Positions 54,081 to 64,000 of a stretch of DNA of 64,000 bases are shown piece after piece. Origin of the DNA: Eledone cirrhosa (lineage: Eukaryota). The stretch spans positions 227,168,001 to 227,232,000 of the forward strand of contig OZ024741.1 of the NCBI GenBank assembly GCA_964016885.1. The letters are read 5' to 3'. A model generated the notes under the pieces. That model saw nothing but the letters and a program-made list of their open reading frames with translations. It did not search any database and was not told the DNA's origin. The position numbers and the translations under genes were made by a program. Numbering within the stretch: the stretch's first letter is position 1; each line of letters starts with the position of its first letter.

Positions 54081-55129
54081 TATATATACAAATGCTGAGC
54101 TTCTGCAGTTTCCTTCCATTAAATTTCCCTCACAAGGCATTTGTCAAGCCAAAGCTATAGAAAACACTTGCCAAATGTGCTGTGCCATTGGAATAGACTT
54201 AGTAGAGTGTTGTTGCGAAGTGAACTACTGAACTACACAGCCATATATATCTATATTAAACAAATAAAAAACTGAAATGTCTGAAAGTTTTGTTTTCAAA
54301 ATACTATATAGTCCTTTCCATGGAATAATAAGATTAGTACCTGTTTTTAATTTTGGGTTAAGTTGCCACATGTACACATTCATGTTGGTTAAAAACATGA
54401 AAAACCCTTATTCTATAACATGTAATTCAGATAATACAAATACCAATATATTGCAAGAGAAGTAATTATAGAAAGAATTTCCCTGATTATCTCCCTTATA
54501 TAGTAGGCTTACTGCAGCTTTCACACTTGTTAGCCAGTCAGCGATTTCCTACAAACTTCCCTCTAACCTCCTCAAAATGTACGATTATATTGAATTATTC
54601 TATACGTTGTAGTTATGCTCCAGACTAGTCCTGATGAAACAGTTAAAATCAAAGTCATTACAGTTATGACCATTCTGCATTTTCTTCTGATTGTAATTCA
54701 ATGACTCTTTCCATTTTTTTAAGAAAGTAGAGTATGATTTGGTTGATATTTTTAGTAACTTGAGGACCATGTAGAGATTACCTAGCTTGCTCATGATGTA
54801 AGCAAATATATACACTATGTGTAAAAAGAAACCTTGATGAAAGTGTGAACAGCTATGATTATATATGCCTGCTCAGAGCAGTGGAATGGCAGATTCGATA
54901 ACGAGTCAAATTAATGCATTGCAATATTTTCTGTCTATGTTCTGAGCTGAAATACTGCTGAAGTCAACTTTGTCTATCATCCTTCCAAGGATGATAAAAT
55001 AAAGTATGAATGAAGAACTGGGGTCTATACAATTGGCTTACTTTTCCCCTCAAAAGTACTGACCTTATGCCTAATTTAGAGCATCAAACAAATGTGATAA
55101 ACTGACAGAAGTAGACATTTCAATTCATC

Positions 55130-56450
55130 AGTTAAAATAGGAAAGGCACCAGGCCTTGATAGCCTTCCACCAGAGTTTTGGAAATTGAAGAAGGTGAGGA
55201 AAAGCCCCTAAAGTTCTGTAATAGAACCTATCATAGAAACTGTCCCACGGAGTGGGGAATCTCTGGCCTAATGCCAATGAAAAGTGACCTAACAAAAATA
55301 GACAATTACAAGTTGCATCCAAGATTCACAACTGCTGTATGTTTAACAGAATTTGACCAGTTATCAATGAGGTATTACATCCGAATCAAAATGACTTTTG
55401 TCAAGGCTGCTCCACCACATTCCACATCCTTGCTCTTCGTAGTATAGTAGAACACAAAATCCATGGCATGCAGGGTGTATTAGTATTTATCGATTTCTGA
55501 AAGGCTCTTGACTCAACCAATCGAAAGAAAATGCTTGGAATTCTTGAAGCTTATGGTATAAATCAAGTACGAGAATATCTCTGCAGTAGTAATCACCCCA
55601 GATGGTAAGACTGATGCATTCAACATTGGCACAAGCATTCTCCGGAAGGACCCTCTTGTCTCGTTCATGTTCATCAACTATCTAGTCTATGCACTGAAAT
55701 CAATGGCCTAACACTGAGACAATATCGTAGTTGCCATCATCCTGCTGAAATCATCACTGATCTTGACTAAAATGACAACATTGTGCTTCTCGAAAATACC
55801 ATCAAAACTTCACAGGATCTCCTCATCAGTGTTGAGAAGGATGCTGGTGTGTTTCTGAACACACATGAATCCATCTACCAATGATTGCCTGCATGCATCA
55901 ATCAGATGGTTCAGATATCGAACTCATGAGTGATTTCAAGTATCTGGGTGGTCACACTGACTCCGGCCACAATGTGGTTGTCAGGTTTGCTTAGTTGTGG
56001 AGTGGACTTCACTCCTTACAAGGACACAAAAACAAAGATGTTTCTGGCCTGTATAGAAACGATCCTTCTCTATGGTTCGGAGTCGTGGATATTGAATGAT
56101 GTCCACTGCAAGTGACTCAATGGTAGATACAGCAGATTGCTACATGCAACATACATCTCCTGGAGATGTCATCCAACAACTCTGTATGGATCCCTGCTGT
56201 GTATCACTGATGTTGAGAAGCATTGTCGTCTTGCCCTTGCAGGCCATGTCACTTACTGTGATGAGCCCATTGGAAGACTGCTCCTCTAGATTCTGGATAC
56301 CAAGAGATGAGTTGGGCAGCCGTATCATCATCGGTTTAACATCTGCTTTCCCTGCTAGCAAGGGTTGAAGGCAATCATTAAGATCAATACAGGTCTCAAA
56401 GGAACGAATCTGCATGCATGGTCAACACTGCCTCAATGTATTGGATGACT
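55130..56450 (+). mobile_element. Highly decayed RTE-like LINE (distinct family)
   Basis: KAPGLD, FIDF.KA.DS, DFKYLG and ETILLYGSESW remnants. Confidence 0.65.
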
Positions 56451-57728
56451 CAAGGAAAGAAGGAAGGTTTTATGTTCAGGAATCAAATCCAGCTAAGGAC
56501 AACTTTACCTTTCATCTTCTGAGGTCAATAAAATAAAGTACCAGTCAACTACTGGTGTTGATATAATCAATTTTCCCTGATGTCAACATTGTTGATCTTG
56601 TGCATAAATGAAAAACCATAAGCCTGCTATACAGTATGTATGTAAATGAGAAGACATGGAATTCCAGATGAACTTATGTGGCATACAACCTTTCTTGGGT
56701 ATTTTAAACCTTGTGAAACCCATCCCTCTCCAGGTATCTTTACAGCTTTTTTCTTCCAGAGAAGCAGAGAGAATAATAGAGAGGAAATGAGAAAGCGATA
56801 AAGAAAAAGAATTGACCCTAGTAGTGGACTGGTATTTTTATATCGATCTCGAATAGAAGAAAGGCAAAATTGACCTCAGCAGGATTTGAGCTATGAGCAC
56901 AGAAAGCCGGAATAGATACTGCAAAGCCTTCTATCCAATGTTTTAACAGCTCAATATATAGTAACAACAATATGCCTTCCAACACCATAGAAAATTAGTG
57001 AACCTGCAATCAATTAAGTGGAAAACCAAATATCTACTTTCCACAATAAAATTAATCTCAAAGTATTCTTTAAAATGTTTTTTTGTAAACTTATACTCCC
57101 TTCTCCCATCCCTGAATCTCTTCCACTACCTCGTCCTTGTCCACAACCTCTTCCCTTTTCCCCTTCTCTGCCACCCTTTCACTTCTATTCACTTTCTCCC
57201 ACCCTTATCCACCATCTGAATGAGATTGCCTTGAATGAACAGAGACAATTTGGAGTAATGAGTACATTTTAATCTTGCAAGTCCTAAGGCAAACTTACTT
57301 GAGCAGGTTCCATGATAAAATGCACCCGGTATACAGTGGTAACAACTGTACTGAGACTATGCAGGGTTAAGAGGACCTACTTTAGTCCTCCTGAGAATAT
57401 AACAAGTGCTCGAGTGCAGGTGCAATGATAAAATGCACACTGTGCACTGTAAAGTCATAGTACTACTGTTGCCACAATAAAAAGCCCTCAGTACACACTG
57501 TAAAGTGATTATCGTAAGGAAAGACATTCAGTGGCAAAAACTATGCTAAAAATGGACTGTATGAGTGAGATGAGGTTCTCTAATATGTCCATCCTCAAAC
57601 TGTGACAACCTGTCTAATCCATGCCAGCATGGAAAACTGACATAAAATGATATATTCACCTTAAAAATAACAATTACCAATAAAAAAAATATATATATAT
57701 GCATGCATACACATACACATAGTATTAC

Positions 57729-57883
57729 CTGTGCCTCTGCTAATTCTGCAATCGTGATTACTTTGGGCAACAAGAATCCTTTTCCCCCAGTCTTCCATAA
57801 TTTGTGCTGTAAATTTCTCTTCAAAATGTGACAACTTCTTATTAAAAATCTCATATTCTTGATGGAAGTCAAGTATTTCATAC
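57729..57883 (-). CDS. SPC25: Kinetochore protein Spc25 (NDC80 complex), N-terminal coding exon
   Basis: Minus strand acceptor ttgcag| and donor |gtaata bound a 155-nt exon (1+51 codons+1). It reads YEILDFHQEYEIFNKKLSHFEEKFTAQIMEDWGKRILVAQSNHDCRISRGT. EYEIFNKKLSHFEEKF resembles the vertebrate SPC25 N-terminus (ELALFDKSINEFWNKF, from memory). Its 1-nt overhang fits the next exon. The upstream start exon was not located. Confidence 0.75.
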
Positions 57884-59051
57884 CTGCAACAAATACAGAG
57901 AATCTTCAGAAAAATTGAATAAAGTACTGTTCAGTCAAATACTGGGGTTAATATAATCAACATTCCACTCCCACAAAATTGCAGGCCTTGTACTAAGTTT
58001 GGAAATCATTATTGATGATGATTATCAGACATCACTATCCTCAGTTCAGATCAGCTTACATATAAATATAGTTCAGGAATTTGAAAATATAAGAATCCTA
58101 AATGCAGAAAATAATTGTAACAACAGTTGATCACTAATTTTTGGGCCACCACCCCCTTCATAGCCACATAATACCCTCAGCAGCCCCCAACCCTATTTTC
58201 AGAGAGACCTGCTTACAAATAAATTTCAAATAATATATAGTGTGTATATATATTATATACTTTTTAGTTTACTATATTTATATATATGTATCAATTGATA
58301 TTTAATATTCTATTATATTACCTCTACCACTCCCCCACCGCCCCCTGGAGGGGGGGGGGGGGGGGGGGTAATGCCCACTTTCAGAACCTCTGCTATAGAT
58401 AAAGTTGAACTAATAGTATATTAAATATCAATTGATACATATATATAAAAAAGTGGCCAGATGTGCCTACAAGGAATCACCCCTAACCCACCCATCTCTC
58501 TGGCCACTTCCATCACTAGGGGAAATTTACTTGATTTTCTCAACTATTATCTATACTAATTGACTGTTAGCTAATTTTTGAATTTGGGATTCTCAAATTT
58601 CTAACTTCCAGTGCTTCAATAATTCATAGTAAAGAGGTAGCTAAAAATGAACAATAGTGCAGTTGGGCCACAGAACATTTAACACTGGGTGTATTATATC
58701 TCAGTCTAGCCGAAAACCAAGTGCACGCAAACAGTAGTGAGTCATGTGAAGTGGAGTGTGGTTTAACAAGTGCCAAAGGTTGGTATGCCTAAGCTGGGCC
58801 GGGGGGGGTGAGCTCCTGCTGGACTTCAAAATGGTTCAAACTCCCTCCCATGTGTCCATGTGGAACTGGTTCAACTAGATTGCGTTGGGTGTGGAAGTAA
58901 GAGCTTGGCACTATAATCGCTGCAATGCTTGGATTGCACTATCCTAAAGTGCATATACTTGCAGCTGGGCACTGCTTGTCAAACCAACCGCCCGAAGAAA
59001 CTCCATTGAAATGAAATTATGACCCAACAACAATACACCTACTGCTACGGT

Positions 59052-59392
59052 ATCATCATCATCATCATCATTTTACATCCGCTTTTCCCTGCTTGCAAGG
59101 GTGGGACGGGAACTGATTCTGGCTTGATTTCTACAGCTGGATGCCCTTCCTAACACCAACCTCATTTACAGTGAGTGCTGGGTGCTTTTTTGCCGTGGCA
59201 CCTCCACGACTACTTTACAGTGGAATGATAGGGACCCTAGTCCCTATCATCTCATTTCTACAGCTGAGTAAATGGAGCAATGTGAAATAAAGTGTCTTGC
59301 TCAAGGAAACAACACATCACCCAGTCTGAGAATTGAACTCACAACCTTTCGATTGCAAGGCCAATGCTCTAACCACTAAGCCATGTGCCTCC
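59052..59392 (-). mobile_element. Full-length tRNA-derived SINE with RTE-derived 3' half
   Basis: Minus strand GGAGGCACA-TGGCTTAGTGG (A box)...GAGTTCAATTC (B box), core ccttgagcaagacacttt, 11-bp hairpin, RTE UTR module and (ATG)n tail. Confidence 0.9.
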
Positions 59393-59699
59393 GTATATGC
59401 AAGTGAAAGCGACGTTAAAATCCACATGGGTCCAAGTGTGTTCGGTACCCACCATTAGAATTGCGACTGGTTGACCTTTACTGATTCAGTTGCCTCCAAT
59501 TGTCGTGCGTGATCTGCATTTGTGAGGGAAACCATGAATTCCTTTGATAGAGCCGGCTCAACCCACCTTGGGTGAACACCGCCACAAGTACAAGTAACAG
59601 TTAGTATATATAACATGTTGGGTTTGGATGTAGTTTAGTAGTCTTGTGGGGTAAAATGTAACAGGCAAGATATGAACATGTGGGGGTGTAGTAAAATCT

Positions 59700-61450
59700 G
59701 TCTGGCAATTCTTTCCTAAGACATTCTGATCACATGCTCATAGTATCAGAGCTGTGATCTCTCAATTCAGAGAAGTGGCAGCTCTACCTTGAGCGACTCC
59801 CTGATCTCTATTGAGTTAACATTACTCCCGAAACACAATGGAGGAACACCAGTTCAGCTGCTTGTATTCACAATCATATTCTTTTGGTCATTACTCAAGA
59901 TTCATGACCATAGGTAATACTGAATTGAAGATACTGAGTTTGGTTTATACACCTACCCTGCTTCTTCGGATGATTGAATGCTGAAGCTGGTGCCCTACTG
60001 CACCAACTCCTGCAATTATTGCCCATAATTCAGCCTCCTGCCTTCCATCACTCATGAAAACAGCCCAAAGATACTTGAACTTCTCCACCTCAGTGGAACT
60101 CCATTAACATGTAGAGTGCATTGCACAGGCTTCCTTGAGAGGACGAGTGTCTCGGTCTTCACAGCACTGATTTTCATTCCTGCCATGCAGCATTCGGCAG
60201 CAAACCTATCATGTACATATCAGAAATCACCTTCTGACGAGTTAAGTAACACCATATCGTCCACAAATTCCAGCCGACTGATCCTCCACCTGCCAGTCTT
60301 GATACCACTTCCAACCTGGCTGCAGATGTCAATCTTGTTTGAGATTATAAACAGAAGAGATATAATGAGATTATAAACAGGAGAGAAGACAGTATGCACC
60401 ATTGGCAAAGACTGACACCCACACTGAATGGTTTCAACTTAGCACCATTTATCTAAAACAAATACTAAGACATTCATAATGACTTCAGGGCAACAAGTTG
60501 TCGTCCATTGATTACATACTCCTGCAGGACTTTCCATAACAGGTCCAGTTATATGCCTTTCAAAGCTTACAAAACAAGCATACACCTCTGGGCAATACTC
60601 CCGTGATTTCTCAAAGAGCCTGTCACAGTTGGCTGGGCTGAGTCCGGGGCAAAAAGTTCACTATTCGTCTGTTAGCTTGGACTCCACAAGATCCCTACAT
60701 CTCTTTGCCAGACACTTAGCATAGACTTTACTGTGGAGGCTTAACAAGGGGATCCCTCTATAATTGGAGCAATCTCTCGTCTCCCTTTGTGTAAATTGGG
60801 ATTATCACTTTTGATTACCATTGCTGAGGTGCCTTTCCAGAGATCAGGATCATCTGGTACACATGAGTCAGCTAGTGAATACTTTCTCTATTTAAGGCTT
60901 TTAACATCTCAAACTAAATTTGATACTCCCAGAAACCTTGCCATATTTCAGCTCTTTAATTGTTCTGGTGGCCTCAGCCTCTGAGTAGTTAGTCATCACT
61001 CTCAGATGGAACTCATATACATTAAAAGATGTGACTGGGTTAGGACATTAGTAATGATGTACCTCTCTGAAGAGAGGACCTGACACATTTCTGATAGCAG
61101 GCACGGAAAACTTATGAAGTCAGCAGATGGTTCGCCAGAACACTTTATTTGCTGATCTAAAGACAATTCCAGCTTAACCCCAGAGTCCACCCATATCTTT
61201 ACTTTGGACTCCTTTACTGACTTTTCGTGCCTAAATAGGCACGAAAAGTCAGTAAAGGAGTTCAAAGTTATGTTACTCTGCACAAAGAATGATGCAGTAT
61301 GAATGCTTTGTCGAAATACATTGCAGTTTTTTGCTGGTCTTATTCACGCCAGTCACCAATTTGGTACTTTTCTCAATCCAGTGAAGACTAGGCTTTGTTT
61401 TAGAGGCGGCCTTTACTCGTCCTAGTTATATCATGGGTTGTGAAAATTTT
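59700..61450 (-). mobile_element. Decayed RTE/Expander-like LINE
   Basis: Minus strand RLEFVDDMVLL and VEKFKYL; many stops and deletions. Confidence 0.65.
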
Positions 61451-61924
61451 CTTGAGAGCCAAGTGTCACCCATTGCTCCATCTCTCCTAGTAGTTTACCT
61501 CTGTTGTGATCTAGAGGATGCTTGTTCATCAGGCAGGAGCCCACTTATATTGTAATTTACAATCATATCTGGTGGCTGTATCTCTATGCGCCATCAGTGA
61601 CCTGTTCTCTAGGAGAACAGCTCTGTAAACTGAAAACAGCTATAAGAAAATGAAAATGTCATCTGCGGACTATCACATGCTGCATTCACACACACACACT
61701 CTTTCTTTTACTGGTTTTAGTCATCAGACGGAAGAGAGAAAAAAAGGGTGGTGGAGGGTTAGATTATTGGCAGTTTTAAATAACAGATGTAGAAACCATT
61801 TTCAGTACAACAGGTAGTAGTAAAAAGGTTTTCATATATAGTATTGACCTTTTATTTTTCGTGATCGAAAGTATCAGTAAAGTATCATTAAAACATCTGA
61901 CTGATAAAATGAGAAATCAGTCAA

Positions 61925-62130
61925 TTATATTGGTGGCATCCCCACAGCCCCGGCGGACAGAATGGAGAAAGAGTTTCCCCGGATGACGGCAAGGGAGACG
62001 CGCTGGAAAAGCCATTCCTGCTCACGAGGCTCACACCTGCGGCTGGCCAGTGCAGTGCCTATGGTGGTGAGTAGGGACTGCCAAGAGTACAACCGCAAAC
62101 CTGTCAGAGAGCGACAGGCATACTGGTGTA
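61925..62130 (-). mobile_element. CRE-clade LINE C-terminal fragment
   Basis: WLFQRVSLAVIRGNS resembles the QR.S.A..RGN end motif of CRE-type RLE elements. Confidence 0.55.
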
Positions 62131-62489
62131 CCATCTTGATTAACTACTTAATTGTTCAAGTATGCGCCCTAGGCCTAGAGCCCACCACCCTCCCCTTTCC
62201 CCTGAGCACTTCCCTTCATTTTCCATTTTTAAATATCTGTAGTGTTATTTGAAATAGATTTGTTTATGGGTTGTTTTTTTTAAATATGATTTTTATCAAT
62301 TATTATTTATCTTTTGTAGAACCGTTAACTTGCGAGATATAAACACAGTCGTAAATATTGAGAAAGACACAAATATAAATATATATATATATATACAGAC
62401 GTGCCAACCTCTATAAACACTAATAGGGAGTACTATGAAAAATAGTGCTCCAAAACGAGGAGAAATGAGGCAAAATGGAAAGATTTTAT

Positions 62490-62612
62490 ATAATTGTTTC
62501 TACTTTTGGCACAAGGCCAGCAATTACCCAGTACATTACTGGTATTTTAATTTATCGACCCCGTAAGGATGAAAGGCAGTTAACCTCGACAGGATTTGAA
62601 CTCCGACCGTAA
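62490..62612 (-). mobile_element. Nin/Deu-core SINE, 5'-truncated
   Basis: Core and tail match the 13459 family. Confidence 0.8.
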
Positions 62613-62905
62613 CGGTGGGGGGAGGGGGGGGGGGTAAGGGATAACAAAATATCAGTTAGAGGTTGTGAATACTCTGTATTGTGGATAGTTTTAGCGTACG
62701 GCGTTGTTTGACTCAACAAGAGGTTTCCGTAATGAAAGCATTTTCATAAGTGATCACAACACACCCCAAAGTGGCTGGGAGATCTCCCCGTCCAACGGAG
62801 AGTTGATAGGTCTCTGTATAAGTATATATAACTGCAGAAGCCCGCCATATATATATATATATAATGATATTAAATAAATGGAAACTATATTTATAAAACC
62901 ATATT

Positions 62906-62967
62906 TATTCTATTATATATATTTCAAGAGTACCAAAAACTTTGGTACGCTTTCATCAGATGAAATA
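62906..62967 (-). ncRNA. Minimal type I hammerhead ribozyme, mirror copy
   Basis: Same core on the minus strand, with one C-A mismatch in stem I. Confidence 0.7.
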
Positions 62968-63091
62968 CAAAGTGTGTTTTATAAATTTTCACATAGTCAA
63001 GGAACATACCTTATCAGTTGAATTTTCCTTGGAAAATTCAACTGATAAGGTATGTTCCTTGGATATGTCAAAATTTATAAAACACACTTTG

Positions 63092-63153
63092 TATTTTATC
63101 TGATGAAAGCGTACCAAAGTTTTTGGTACTCTTGAAATATATATAATAGAATA
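63092..63153 (+). ncRNA. Minimal type I hammerhead ribozyme
   Basis: tattttat-CTGATGA-aagcgtacca(aagttt t)tggtactctt-GAAA-tatata-TA-atagaata; 8-bp stem I (one GU), ~9-12 bp stem II, palindromic loop III. Confidence 0.8.
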
Positions 63154-64000
63154 AATATGGTTTTATAAATATAGTTTCCATTTATTTAATATCATTGAAT
63201 ATTTACTCCAGAAATTTGTCGAGTGCTCTGAATCAGTTATAAACATTTATATTTGTTGAATTACCAACAAATTAAATATCCCTTCTGCTTATATATATGT
63301 GTGTGTTTCTACAGTTTTACTCATAAGACACGTGAGGCTAAAGTAGAAAACACTTGCGTAAGCTTATAGTTAAAAATATATATATATATATATACGCGCG
63401 AATCGATGATTTAACCCTAACATAATCGATACAGTAAAGCTATCTCTAATCCTAACCCAACTCTAACGCAATGAACCCGATGAATCATGCGAAAATGTTT
63501 CGTCTTTTTAATTCGAGATTTATCGTCAAGGATTGCCGGAATTTGTTTTCTGTTGTTTAGGCCCAGATGAACGATGATAGTAAGCAGTTATTTCCAATCC
63601 GATTACTGTTGGGGAGCGAATTTTCAAACTCGATTATCCACTCATGAAGATCCATCATACCAACCTCAACTTTCATCTATTTCAACAATTTTAACTTATT
63701 TATTTTTTCTTCATTATTTTCATAACACAAATTCCGCCGAATTTCTTTTAAATAAATTTTCCGAATTCGATTAATTTAAATCTAACCCAAACGATGTATT
63801 TGCTCGATACATCATATATTTGTTTTGAAAAACTTTTTCTCGTAATTGTTCATGTAGATCTAGCTTACGAATTCTCGTGACTAACTTTAACAATGTGCCT
63901 GCCTGTATGCATATGGGTATATATATATATATACCCATATGCATACAGGCATATATATATATATATATGGGTATATATAAATATATATATATACCCATAT

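Larger units (their letters stand above)
62863..63196. repeat. Long palindrome, 166-bp arms with 2-nt loop
   Basis: 62863-63028 is the reverse complement of 63031-63196 with about four mismatches. Confidence 0.97.

Noticed and set aside
57546-57881. ORF MKYLTSIKNMR... as the true reading frame
   Set aside because: The other open frame of the same exon matches SPC25 and is phase-compatible with the next exon.
59310-59392. tRNA gene
   Set aside because: A/B boxes continue into a SINE core and tail, with no acceptor-stem closure or terminator.
63405-63470. Telomere-like taaccctaa/cctaaccc motifs
   Set aside because: Only two or three degenerate units; more likely part of a repeat element than an interstitial telomere.

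Overview
Eukaryotic, AT-rich and almost entirely repeat-derived DNA. The SINE/LINE repertoire resembles coleoid cephalopod (probably octopod) genomes; this is an inference. One host gene is supported: three phase-compatible minus-strand exons (57729-57883, 25419-25631, 3580-3684) encoding an SPC25-like kinetochore protein, with ~32 kb and ~22 kb introns. The introns hold several RTE LINE copies, a rearranged CsRn1-type Gypsy LTR block, a TTAA-flanked piggyBac, two Tc1/mariner (maT-like) relics, two Helitron-like non-autonomous elements, Nin/Deu-domain and tRNA SINEs, RLE-LINE fragments and kilobase (ATAC/AT)n arrays. The most notable observations are: (1) several minimal type I hammerhead ribozymes in Penelope-like remnants with inverted 5' duplications, including a 166-bp-arm palindrome with a ribozyme on each strand; (2) a C4HC3 PHD finger embedded in the RTE reverse transcriptase; (3) a tRNA SINE built from 3' parts of two different RTE lineages; (4) a two-LTR mosaic occupying a single target site. 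All calls are by eye, and boundaries of decayed repeats are approximate.
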